NCBI GenBank assembly: GCA_031364845.1
Contig: JANLWX010000028.1
Location: 32,001 to 96,000 of the forward strand
From: Candidatus Eiseniibacteriota bacterium
Lineage (GTDB): Bacteria; Eisenbacteria; RBG-16-71-46
Length of the DNA stretch: 64,000 nt
Direction: 5' to 3'
The notes under the pieces are model-generated. The model did not search any database, had not been told where the DNA came from, and saw nothing but the letters and a program-made list of their open reading frames with translations. Of the stretch, positions 1 through 10,797 are shown in pieces. The position numbers and the translations under genes were made by a program. Positions within the stretch are counted from its first letter, which is position 1, and each line of letters begins with the position of its first letter.

Positions 1-1613
<1,613 letters not shown>

Positions 1614-1628
1614 AGTAAAGCCAAGACT

Positions 1629-1654
1629 GCCAACTGTCCTCACGGACAGTTGGC
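1629..1654. terminator. Hairpin between convergent genes, probable bidirectional terminator
   Basis: GCCAACTGTCC-TCAC-GGACAGTTGGC, perfect 11-bp stem. Confidence 0.6.
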
Positions 1655-2562
1655 TATTTATGATAATGCGCATCCTTCTCACCGGCGTTGATCGCCACCG
1701 TGAGCAAATTCGTCTTCGGTGGAATCGGGCAATTGTAGTGGTCCGACACGGCGCACGCGGGATTGTAGGCGTTGTTGAAGTCGAGCACCCAGCGTCCGTC
1801 GGGCAGTGCTTCGGGATCGACGTAGCGACCGACGTCGTAGGTCGTCTTGCCGGTGGTCGCGTCGCGGAAGAACACGCTCAAGCTCTTCTCGTCGACGCCG
1901 GGCTCGAGCAGCCGATTGGCTTCGAGTCGGCAGGGCTTCCCGTTCACCTTGAAGTCGAACCAGCCGACCCGCACCGCGCGACGTTCGTTGCCACGCGTGG
2001 ACTGGATGATCACGGTGTCGGCGGCGGGATTGGGTGTGAGCGCCAGCTCGTAGCGATACTTGAAGTCGACCGGGAACCACTCGAGCCCTTTGTAGCGGGC
2101 GAAGCCCGGGCTCTTCGGGTCGAACACGATGATCGCCGGGAAGCGCTGATGCGAGAGCCGCAGGGTGAAGCGGCCGACTCCGATCTGGCTCGGCGGCAGT
2201 GTGGCTTCCGTGCGCACTTCGTCCTTCACCTTGAAGGTTGCGCCGGGCTCCGCCGCGACGACGTGGAACGAGTCGCCTTCCACGATCACGCGCAGATGGT
2301 GGTTCGAGATCTCGGGATCGTCGATGCGCATGTCGTTGTGCTCGTCGCGGCCGACGGCCAGCATCGAGCGGTTGCCGAAATCGCGGCGCTGAACGGTCGC
2401 CAGATAGGACGTCGGCTTGGCCTTGAGAAACTCGAGAGTCTCCTCGCGGTCCTTGAGCGCTGCGGCCCGCAAGCTGTCGACCTGGGCAGGCGCGAGTTTG
2501 ACCGGGGCCGCGGGGACGACACTGGTGGCAGCAACGACGGCGAGGGCGAGAAGGCTGATCAT
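1654..2562 (-). CDS. DUF1684 family secreted protein
   Basis: Signal peptide MISLLALAVVAA; C-terminal FFRDATTGKTTYDVGRY...LDFNNAYNPACA...CPIPPKTN...AGEK. Confidence 0.9.
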   Translation of the reverse strand: MISLLALAVVAATSVVPAAPVKLAPAQVDSLRAAALKDREETLEFLKAKPTSYLATVQRRDFGNRSMLAVGRDEHNDMRIDDPEISNHHLRVIVEGDSFHVVAAEPGATFKVKDEVRTEATLPPSQIGVGRFTLRLSHQRFPAIIVFDPKSPGFARYKGLEWFPVDFKYRYELALTPNPAADTVIIQSTRGNERRAVRVGWFDFKVNGKPCRLEANRLLEPGVDEKSLSVFFRDATTGKTTYDVGRYVDPEALPDGRWVLDFNNAYNPACAVSDHYNCPIPPKTNLLTVAINAGEKDAHYHK

Positions 2563-2712
2563 GGGGCGCTTTCGTGGGTTGGGTGCGATGTTTCCGGGAG
2601 CTTTCGGGCGCGCGGCCGCGCCAATTATTTGCCGGGAGATGATACCGCGCATCTTGCGGGTTGCGAACCCGCCCCCGAGTCCGGTAGCTTCCGCGTCGTC
2701 GGGTTGCAGAAG

Positions 2713-2748
2713 TTCCTTTAACGTGGCTCCGAGAGGCCGCAAAGGGGG
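2713..2748 (+). promoter_or_regulatory. PyrR-binding RNA stem-loop overlapping the pyrB Shine-Dalgarno sequence
   Basis: TTCCTTTAA-CGT-GGCT-CCGAGA-GGCC-GC-AAAGGGGG: UUUAA lower stem and CNGNGA hexaloop typical of PyrR sites; ATG at 2755. Confidence 0.8.
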
Positions 2749-2754
2749 AGTCTG

Positions 2755-3804
2755 ATGAACGCTTCCGTCCTGTTGAATGCCCCGCCGTCCCCAAGCATCG
2801 AGGATGCGGGGATTTTTCATGCTCCGGCCGCGCCCCGTGTCATGTCTTCGCATTTTCTGGGACTCGAGGGCATGCGGCGCGAGTCGATCGTCGAGCTGCT
2901 GGACGAAGCGGTGCGTTACCAGACGATGTTGAAGGCGGGCCGCGTCTCGGCGGAGCTGCGCGGGATGGCGGTGTGCCTCGCGTTCTTCGAGGACTCGACG
3001 CGCACGCGCGTGTCGTTCGATCTGGCGGCCCAGCGGCTCGGGGCGATGCCGGTCACGCTGTTCCCTTCGGGCTCCTCGATGTCCAAGGGCGAGACGCTGC
3101 TCGACACGCTGACGACGGTGGTTTCGATGAACGTCGATCTCGTGGTCGTGCGCCACCAGTCGCCGGGAGCGCCGGCGTATCTCTCGCGCCATCTCGATGC
3201 GGGCGTGATCAACGCCGGCGATGGCGGGCACGAGCATCCGACGCAGGGGCTGCTCGATCTGCTCACCCTGCGCGAGGCGTGGCGCGGGCGATTCGAGAGC
3301 CGCCGCATCGCGATCATCGGCGACATCGCGCACTCGCGAGTGGCGCGCTCGGCGATCCATGGCCTGAAGGCGATGGGCGCGTCGGTGACCGTGGCCGGCC
3401 CTCGCACGCTGATGCCGGCCGGCATCGAAGCACTCGGGTGCACGGTCGCCGACACGGTCGAGGACGCGATGCGCGGCGCGGACGGCGTGATGGCGCTGCG
3501 CATCCAGCGCGAGCGCTGTACCCAGAGCCTGATTCCCTCGGCGGGCGAATACATGCGCCGGTTCGGCGTGACGGCGGCGCGGGTCGCACTGATGAAGCCG
3601 GAAGCCGTCGTGATGCACCCGGGCCCGTTCAATCGCGAGGTCGAGATCGCCTCCGACGTGGTGGATGGGGCGCGCTCGGTGATCTGGCGCCAGGTCGAGA
3701 ACGGCGCCGCGGTGCGGTGCGCGGTGCTGGCGCGCTGCGCGCGGGCGCGGCGTCCGGAGCGGACCGGGCTGACGTTCGATGTCGGGGAGGAGATCGCGAC
3801 GTGA
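2755..3804 (+). CDS. pyrB: Aspartate carbamoyltransferase catalytic subunit
   Basis: FFEDSTRTRVSF, INAGDGGHEHPTQ, HSRVARS, MHPGP motifs. Confidence 0.97.
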   Translation: MNASVLLNAPPSPSIEDAGIFHAPAAPRVMSSHFLGLEGMRRESIVELLDEAVRYQTMLKAGRVSAELRGMAVCLAFFEDSTRTRVSFDLAAQRLGAMPVTLFPSGSSMSKGETLLDTLTTVVSMNVDLVVVRHQSPGAPAYLSRHLDAGVINAGDGGHEHPTQGLLDLLTLREAWRGRFESRRIAIIGDIAHSRVARSAIHGLKAMGASVTVAGPRTLMPAGIEALGCTVADTVEDAMRGADGVMALRIQRERCTQSLIPSAGEYMRRFGVTAARVALMKPEAVVMHPGPFNREVEIASDVVDGARSVIWRQVENGAAVRCAVLARCARARRPERTGLTFDVGEEIAT

Positions 3805-5147
3805 ACGCGATTCACATTCGCGACGCGCGCCACTGGCAGACCGGAGCGCCGTTGGAGCTGATCTGCGCGGGTAGTGTGATCGTCGCCGCCGGCGATGACG
3901 CCGCGGCATGGCTCGCCTCGGGCGCCGCGGCTGCGTTCGAGATCGACACGCTCGATGCGGCGGGCGCCGTGCTCGCACCGGGGCTCGTCGATGTCCACGT
4001 GCATCTGCGCGAGCCTGGTCAGTCGGCGAAGGAGACGATCGCCACCGGCACGCGCGCCGCGGCGGCGGGCGGATTCACCAGCATCATGTGCATGCCCAAC
4101 ACGAACCCGGTCGTCGATACGCCGGCCCAGGTGGAATGGGTGCTCCAGCGTGCGAAGGCCGCGGGCCACTGCCGCGTGCTCCCGATCGCGGCGGTCACCG
4201 TGGGCCAAAACGGTGAGCAGCTCACCGAGTTCCTTGCGCTGCGCGACGCGGGTGCCGTGGCACTGAGCGACGACGGGCGTCCGGTGATGAGCGCGGCCGT
4301 GATGCGCCACGCGCTCGAGTACGCGACCCACGCCGGGCTCGCGATCATCTGCCACGAAGAGGACCTCACGCTGCGCGGGGCGGGTCAGATGAACGAAGGC
4401 GCGGTCGCCACGCGGCTCGGTTACGCCGGCATTCCGAATGCGGCCGAGAGCGTGATGGTGCGGCGCGACTGCGATCTCGCGGCGCTGACCGGCGGACGCG
4501 CGCACTTCGCGCACCTCTCGTGCGCCGAGTCGCTCGATGGACTGCGCGACGGCAAGCGCCGCGGGCTCGGGGTGTCGGGCGAAACGTGTCCACACTACTG
4601 GACGCTCACGGACGATGCGGTGCCGGAGTTCGGCACGCAGGCCAAGATGAATCCGCCGCTGCGCACCGAGCGTGATCGCTGTGCGGTGATCGAGGCGATC
4701 GTCGACGGGACGCTCGACTGTTTCGCCACCGATCACGCGCCGCACACGGCACTCGAGAAGGACCAGCCGTTCGATGCGGCGCCGAACGGGATCGTCGGGC
4801 TCGAAACCGCACTCGCGCTCACGCTCACGCATCTCGTGCGGCCGGGCCACATCACGCTCACCCGCGCGCTCGAACTGTGGACCGATGCACCGCGGCGCCT
4901 GTTCGCGCTGCCGCCGGTCGAGTTGGCCGCGGGATTCCCGGCGGATCTGGTGCTGATCGACCCGGACGAAGCGTGGGAGGTCGACCCGGAAGCCTTCGAA
5001 TCGAAGGGCCGCAGCACGCCGTTCGCGGGCGCGCGAGTGACCGGGCGGGTGCAGGTGACGATCTGCGAGGGCCGGATCACGCATGCGCGGCCGCAGGCGC
5101 GGGCGGGCGGTCTGCGAACGACGATATCCGCGGGGGCGGCGGGCTGA
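3801..5147 (+). CDS. pyrC: Dihydroorotase
   Basis: PGLVDVHVHLREPG, CMPNT, KMNPPLR, ATDHAPH; GTGA overlap with the pyrB stop. Confidence 0.95.
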   Translation: MNAIHIRDARHWQTGAPLELICAGSVIVAAGDDAAAWLASGAAAAFEIDTLDAAGAVLAPGLVDVHVHLREPGQSAKETIATGTRAAAAGGFTSIMCMPNTNPVVDTPAQVEWVLQRAKAAGHCRVLPIAAVTVGQNGEQLTEFLALRDAGAVALSDDGRPVMSAAVMRHALEYATHAGLAIICHEEDLTLRGAGQMNEGAVATRLGYAGIPNAAESVMVRRDCDLAALTGGRAHFAHLSCAESLDGLRDGKRRGLGVSGETCPHYWTLTDDAVPEFGTQAKMNPPLRTERDRCAVIEAIVDGTLDCFATDHAPHTALEKDQPFDAAPNGIVGLETALALTLTHLVRPGHITLTRALELWTDAPRRLFALPPVELAAGFPADLVLIDPDEAWEVDPEAFESKGRSTPFAGARVTGRVQVTICEGRITHARPQARAGGLRTTISAGAAG

Positions 5148-5427
5148 GTTTCGCGGTCGCGGCGCCTGCAAATCCTGCCGCGCAAAGATGATGGGGGCCG
5201 CCCGGGAACGACGATCTCGCCCGAGATTCGTAGGCGCCGGGAGCCGGGTGCTACCATGGCCACGCGGGCAGGCGAACAAAACGGGCCGGCCGGGGTATCA
5301 GATGTGGCGCTCCGGGCTAAGGCCCGGTGCCGGGCTCGCACACGAGGTTCAACGCCGCGATGACTTCGAGAAACTCCGGACGCGGCTGCACGTCCTGAAC
5401 CTGACGGATCACAGGAGAAACCACCCG

Positions 5428-7302
5428 GTGCTGAACCTTCCGCTCCGGCGCGTGCGCGCGCTGCTGGCGTTCGCGCTGCTCGCCGCCACGGCGTCGTCGT
5501 GCGTGTACTACAACACCTTCTATCTGGCGCGGCGCTACTACGACCGCGGCACCGGCGGCGAGCCCTACACCGTCGACAAGGCGGGCGGCGGACAGGTCCA
5601 GGAGTTCGGCCGCTCGATCGAATATTCGAAGAAGGTGCTGTCGCAGTATCCCAAGTCCAAGTGGGTCGACGACGCCTATCTCCTGTGGGCGCGCTCGCTG
5701 CTCGGACAGGACGATCCGCTCCAGACCGTCAAGATGCTCGAAGCCTTCGACGGCCGCTTTCCGAAGAGTTCGCTGTCCGACGAAGCGCGTTTCTATCTGG
5801 GTGTCGCATATCGCCAGGCGCGCAAGTACCGGATCAGCGTGCGCACGTTCGACGAGTTCCTCGAGAAGGCGCCCAAGCACGATCTCGCGCCGTACGCGTA
5901 TCTCGAACGCGCCCGCGCGCTCGTGACGCTCAAGGAACCGGTCGAAGCCGCGGCCTCGGCGAGCCAGGTGCTCGAGCGATTTCCGAAGAGCAAGCTCGTC
6001 GATCGCGCGCGGATCGCGCGCGCCGACGCGCTGTTCGACGCGCAGCAGTTTCAGGCGGCGCGGCTCGACTATCAGGAACTGGGACGCCGCTCGCTGACCG
6101 ACGAGGACCGGCTGCGCTATCTGTTGCGCGAGGTCGACTGTCTCGAAGCCGCACAGCAGTACGACACGGGGCTCGCGCTGCTCAAGGACGCCCTCTCGCA
6201 CGAGCGCGAGCCGCTTCCGCCCGACACCACCGGCGGCAAGCCGGCGATCGTCCAGGCCACGCCAGGGTACGACCGTCATGGGCGGCTGCTGACGCGCATG
6301 GGCACCGTGCACCTGCGCCAGGGCAATCTCGACGAAGCGCTGTCCGCGTATCAGCGCGTGGTGCGCAACTATCCACGTGATCCGGTCGCGGCCGAGGCGC
6401 AGTACCGCACCGGCTACGCCTACGAGACGCTCGGTGACGACTTCGAGCGCGCGCGGCAGGAGTATCAGCGAGTGAAGGATCAGAGCGGGCAGGTCGGCTT
6501 CGGGCTGCAGGCAATCGACCGCCTGCGCACCCTCGATCGCATCGCCCAGTTCCGCAGCGCGGGCGGCGACTCCGCCGACCGGCGGGTCGAAGCGGCGTTC
6601 CTCACCGCAGAGCAGTATCTGTTCTCGGTCGAGAAGCCCGAGCGCGCGCTCGAGGAATACAAGAAGATCGCCGAGGAGAACGCGGGCACGCCCGCGGCGG
6701 CGAAGGCTCTGAATGCGCAGGCGTGGGTGCTGAGCCGCAAGCTCAATCGCGCGGCAGAGGCGGATTCGCTGTTCTGGAACGTGGTGCACAACTTCCCGGC
6801 GACCGAAGCGCAACTCGCCGCGCGCGACTATCTCGAGATGTCGGGCAAATCGGTGCCCTCCGATCTCATCAAGCTGCCGGAGCCGCAGTACGCCGCGATG
6901 GACACCGCGATCATGTTGACGCAGCCACCCGACAGTTTGCCGGCGCTCGGCAAGCAGGTCGATTTCGGGCCCGTCGATTCGCTCGGCCTCAGGCCGTCGC
7001 CCGAGCCGATTCCGATGCCGCGCGAGTCGCGGCGGCCCTACGTGCCGGCCGATTCCGGTCCCGGATTCGCGGGCGACACGCCGGGACACGTCGCACCCGG
7101 TTCGACGGTGCGCGCACCCGAGCCGCCGCGCACCGGAGCGCGCAAGACGACTCCGCCGCCCGGTTCGCCCGCCGATTCGTTGCGGCGTGCGGCGTCGGCG
7201 GACTCCGTGCTGCGCAAGGCGGCATCTCCGGACTCCGTCTTGCGTGTCGCGCCCGTGCCCGTTCATCCGGTTCCCAGCGACTCGACGAGCGGAGACGAAT
7301 GA
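5428..7302 (+). CDS. TPR-repeat lipoprotein with Pro-rich C-terminal tail
   Basis: AGGAG then GTG at 5428; lipoprotein-type signal ending ASSC-VYYNTFY; repeated TPR-like units (YPKSKWVDDA, FPKSSLSDEA, FPKSKLVDRA). Confidence 0.8.
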   Translation: MLNLPLRRVRALLAFALLAATASSCVYYNTFYLARRYYDRGTGGEPYTVDKAGGGQVQEFGRSIEYSKKVLSQYPKSKWVDDAYLLWARSLLGQDDPLQTVKMLEAFDGRFPKSSLSDEARFYLGVAYRQARKYRISVRTFDEFLEKAPKHDLAPYAYLERARALVTLKEPVEAAASASQVLERFPKSKLVDRARIARADALFDAQQFQAARLDYQELGRRSLTDEDRLRYLLREVDCLEAAQQYDTGLALLKDALSHEREPLPPDTTGGKPAIVQATPGYDRHGRLLTRMGTVHLRQGNLDEALSAYQRVVRNYPRDPVAAEAQYRTGYAYETLGDDFERARQEYQRVKDQSGQVGFGLQAIDRLRTLDRIAQFRSAGGDSADRRVEAAFLTAEQYLFSVEKPERALEEYKKIAEENAGTPAAAKALNAQAWVLSRKLNRAAEADSLFWNVVHNFPATEAQLAARDYLEMSGKSVPSDLIKLPEPQYAAMDTAIMLTQPPDSLPALGKQVDFGPVDSLGLRPSPEPIPMPRESRRPYVPADSGPGFAGDTPGHVAPGSTVRAPEPPRTGARKTTPPPGSPADSLRRAASADSVLRKAASPDSVLRVAPVPVHPVPSDSTSGDE

Positions 7303-8201
7303 TGGCGACGGCCGCACTCGCGACTTCGTGGCGTCAGGCGACGGCCAGCGTTGCCGGTCAGGTGGAATACGGCGACGGGCACTGGTGGCTGGACCTCGAT
7401 GTGCCCGCGCCATTCGAGCAGCCGGTGCCCGGGCAGTTCGTCCAACTCCTGCTCGACGGAACCGAGACGGGATCGCTGCTGCCGCGCCCGATGAGTGTCG
7501 CCGGTGCCGCACCGATCGACGACGGATGGCGTGTGAGTTTCCTGTACGCGCCGGTCGGGCAGGGCACGCGATCGCTCGCGCGACTGCGGGCGGGTGACCG
7601 CGTTGAAGCTCTGGGACCGTTGGGGCACGGGTTTCCGCTGGAGGCCCCGGGCACACCCGTGTTGATCGCGGGCGGACGTGGCGTGGCGCCGATGTTGTTC
7701 GCGGCGGATGTGCTGGCGCGTCAATCCGCCGCGGGGCCTCATCCGCGGCGGAGTCAGTTCGTGTTCGGAGCCCGGAGTGCGCAACAGCTCGTGGGCCTGG
7801 ACGATGCGCGCGAGCGGCTGCAGCGCGCCGGTGGCGCGCTGTATACGTGCACGGACGATGGGAGTCATGGGATGCATGGCAATGTATTGCAACTTCTCGC
7901 GAGAGAAGTTGCAGGCTTCGCCTCTCCGGTGGTGATCCACGCCTGCGGTCCGCACGGCATGCTGCGCGCGATCGCCGAGTGGGCGATCGCGCATGATGTA
8001 CGCGCGCATCTGGCGATGGAGTCGGTCATGGCATGCGGCACCGGTGTGTGCCGCGGCTGCCCGCTGCCGCGCAGTGCGTCGGGTCGAAAAGCATGGACCA
8101 GTGCGATGCCGTCCCTGTTCGGCAACGCCGAGCACGCGATGTGCTGCACTGAAGGCCCGGTGTTCGAGGCGCGCGAACTCGACTGGGAGCACGTCGTTTG
8201 A
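7299..8201 (+). CDS. pyrK: Dihydroorotate dehydrogenase electron transfer subunit
   Basis: PGQFV, RPMS, GPLGHGF, AGGRGVAP, ACGP, MACGTGVCRGC...C..GPVF [2Fe-2S] motif. Confidence 0.92.
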   Translation: MMATAALATSWRQATASVAGQVEYGDGHWWLDLDVPAPFEQPVPGQFVQLLLDGTETGSLLPRPMSVAGAAPIDDGWRVSFLYAPVGQGTRSLARLRAGDRVEALGPLGHGFPLEAPGTPVLIAGGRGVAPMLFAADVLARQSAAGPHPRRSQFVFGARSAQQLVGLDDARERLQRAGGALYTCTDDGSHGMHGNVLQLLAREVAGFASPVVIHACGPHGMLRAIAEWAIAHDVRAHLAMESVMACGTGVCRGCPLPRSASGRKAWTSAMPSLFGNAEHAMCCTEGPVFEARELDWEHVV

Positions 8202-9289
8202 TGAACGCGATCGACGTGTCGATCGCGATTGGCGAGCTTCGGCTCGCCAATCCCATAATGGTGGCCTCCGGCACGTTCGGCTACGGCGACGAATACGCGC
8301 ATGTCGTCGATCCGCGCACGCTCGGTGCTGTCGTGACCAAGACCGTGACGCTCAAACCGCGCGCGGGGAATCCGCCGACCCGGATCGCTGAGACCGCGGC
8401 GGGAATGCTGAATTCGATCGGACTCGAAAACGTCGGGCTGCAGAAGTTCCGCGCCGAGAAAGTGCCGAAGCTCGCGGGGCTCGGTGCGACGATCATCGCT
8501 TCGATCGGCGGGGATACGGCGTCGCACCTGGAGCGGTTGCTGTCCGCGCTCGCCGATGAATCGGCGATCGCAGGATTTGAAGTGAACTTCTCGTGCCCCA
8601 ACGTTGCCAAAGGCGGAGCGCGTTACTGGACCGTGCCGCGGCGACTCACGACCACGATGCGCCGCCTGCGCGCGATCACGAATAAGCCGCTGATCGCGAA
8701 GCTCTCGCCCGACGTGACCGCGATCTCGGAACTGGCGCGCGCATGCGAAGCCGGCGGTGCCGATGCACTGACCGCGACGAACACGTTCGTCGGCATGGCC
8801 GTTGATCTCTCGACCGGACGCTCCAAGTTGAACCGCGCGACCGGCGGGCTGTCGGGGCCCGCGGTGAAACCGTTGGCGCTCGCGCGCTGTTATGAGTGCG
8901 TGCAGGCCGTGCGGATTCCCGTGATCGGGTCCGGTGGGATCGTCACCGGGCGCGATGTGCTCGAATTTCTGGCGGTCGGCGCCGCCGCGGTGCAGGTCGG
9001 GACGGCGTCGTTCCTGCGTCCGCGGGCTTCGGTCGATATCCTGGCCGAAATGCGAAGCATCTTGGCCGCCGCGGGGGCCGAGTCGATCGAAGCATGGCGT
9101 GAGCAGTTGATCGCGCGCGGCGCCGGACTGGCGCACGGGCTCGGACCGTCGTTGGTTCAGCGGGCGGGGACGGCGGTGCGATCGGAATCGCGCGCCGATT
9201 CAAGTAACGGCGCGCACGCCACGAGTGGTGGTGAGCCCCGCGAGATAGCGACGAGCGGCGCAAAGGCGGGAGAGTCCGAGCGCGGGTAG
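8201..9289 (+). CDS. pyrD: Dihydroorotate dehydrogenase family 1B catalytic subunit
   Basis: ASGTFG, GNPPTRI, NSIGLEN, NFSCPN, GGLSGP motifs; ~50-aa low-complexity C-terminal extension. Confidence 0.95.
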   Translation: MNAIDVSIAIGELRLANPIMVASGTFGYGDEYAHVVDPRTLGAVVTKTVTLKPRAGNPPTRIAETAAGMLNSIGLENVGLQKFRAEKVPKLAGLGATIIASIGGDTASHLERLLSALADESAIAGFEVNFSCPNVAKGGARYWTVPRRLTTTMRRLRAITNKPLIAKLSPDVTAISELARACEAGGADALTATNTFVGMAVDLSTGRSKLNRATGGLSGPAVKPLALARCYECVQAVRIPVIGSGGIVTGRDVLEFLAVGAAAVQVGTASFLRPRASVDILAEMRSILAAAGAESIEAWREQLIARGAGLAHGLGPSLVQRAGTAVRSESRADSSNGAHATSGGEPREIATSGAKAGESERG

Positions 9290-9606
9290 CGCGACGGTCC
9301 GCGCGGCCAGTCGCCGCGTTGGGCCGCCGGACCGTGTCGCCCGCGACCCCCCACAGGACGCAATTTAGTTGTTGACGGCTTCGCGAGCGCATCTTCGACA
9401 AACCCACCACGGCCTCCCATTCCGCGTCGCAATGCCCGGAGTTCCCGCGTTCGCGCGCTCAAGTCTTTCGATCGCGAAAAGTTCTCGCGACGCGTGCCGT
9501 GATGCAGCCTGCGTCGATCTCCGAGCGTCGAAAACCTGCAATGTAGAATCAACGCGTGTTCATCGCCCCCGCGACCGGATGCTTTGTCGTCACGCGCGGA
9601 GGGATC

Positions 9607-10797
9607 ATGAGCAGGTACTTGCTTTGCCATCGGACCCATCAGGTTGTGCTTCAAGGTCTCGCGACGCTCGTCGCTCGAGGCTGCACGCACACGGCGGACC
9701 TCGTCGCCCACATTGGTGAAGTCGACAGCCGCAGGCTCTTCCTGCCGGCGGCACATCCTTCGATGTTCTCCTACTGTGTGAACGTGCTGCACTTCTCGGA
9801 GCAGGCGGCGTACAAGCGCATTCGTGTCGCGCGCATGGCGCGCAGGTTTCCCGCAATCTTCGACGCGCTCGCTGAGGGCCGCGTGCATCTGAGCGGCTTG
9901 TTCCTGCTCAAGGCATACATGTCCCGCCGCAACGCGGCGGAGCTTCTCGCGGCGGTGACGCACAAGAGTTGTCGTGAGATCGAGAAGGTTCTGGCGGAGC
10001 GATATCCGAAGGAGGACGTGGCGACGAGAGTGCGGGCTTTGCCGAATTCGCGGGTGGTCGCGGCGGCACCTGTTGCCGGTCCGGATGCGGCCATCGTCGC
10101 GGAAACTCAAGAGCAACTGTCCGCGCGGACAGTCGCATCTTCGGTCCGCAGGACCGAAGAATGGGTGTCGCCTGGGGCTGACGCGAGTGCTGTTAAGGAG
10201 CCCGTCGCTGGGCTCGGACTGCTGACAGGCGAAGATTCTTCCGTCCTTCGGACCGAAGGGCGAAAGCCCGCGAAAGTCCAACCTCTCGCCCCGAAGCGCT
10301 ACGCGCTTCAGTTGACGATGAGCCAGGAGCTGCACGACAAGCTGCGCCATGCGCAGGCGTTGCTCTCGCACACGTCGCCCTCAGGCGACGTGGCAGCCGT
10401 GCTCGAGCGCGCACTCGATCTGCTGATCACGAAGCTCGAGAAGACGAAGTATGCAGCGACCGAGAACCCGCGCGCCATCAAAGCGAGCACCAGCGGAAAA
10501 CCGCGACAGATCCCTGCCCACGTCAGAAGGGCCGTCCGCAAGCGCGACGGAGATCAGTGCACGTTCGTGAGCGACGACGGCCAGCGCTGTCCCGAGCGGC
10601 ACTTTCTCGAATTCGATCACGTCAAACCCGTCTGCCGCGGTGGCGAAACCACGGCGGATGGCTTGCGCCTGAGATGCCGCGCGCACAATCATTACGAAGC
10701 GGAGAGATTACTTGGCGTTCTCTTCATGCAGCGCAAGCTGCATGAAGCACGGAGTCCACATCCGGTTCAAGAGCACGCAAGAGGAGTTCTTCCATGA
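9607..10797 (+). CDS. HNH endonuclease with DUF222-like N-terminal region
   Basis: C-terminal VRRAVRKRDGDQCTF...C...LEFDHVKP...GG...LRLRCRAHN; helical N-terminus. Confidence 0.85.
   Translation: MSRYLLCHRTHQVVLQGLATLVARGCTHTADLVAHIGEVDSRRLFLPAAHPSMFSYCVNVLHFSEQAAYKRIRVARMARRFPAIFDALAEGRVHLSGLFLLKAYMSRRNAAELLAAVTHKSCREIEKVLAERYPKEDVATRVRALPNSRVVAAAPVAGPDAAIVAETQEQLSARTVASSVRRTEEWVSPGADASAVKEPVAGLGLLTGEDSSVLRTEGRKPAKVQPLAPKRYALQLTMSQELHDKLRHAQALLSHTSPSGDVAAVLERALDLLITKLEKTKYAATENPRAIKASTSGKPRQIPAHVRRAVRKRDGDQCTFVSDDGQRCPERHFLEFDHVKPVCRGGETTADGLRLRCRAHNHYEAERLLGVLFMQRKLHEARSPHPVQEHARGVLP

Noticed and set aside
2563..3978. 774-aa version of the DUF1684 ORF, and similarly extended starts for ORFs 5083, 6723, 26930 and 47411..49840
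   Set aside because: Extensions overlap real genes; true starts are indicated by signal peptides, SD sequences or stop/start overlaps
2916..5279. Long antisense or alternate-frame ORFs (e.g. 2916..5279, 5317..7656, 29705..31402, 57562..59835)
   Set aside because: Shadow ORFs of high-GC genes; Arg/Ala-rich with no motifs and opposite well-supported CDSs
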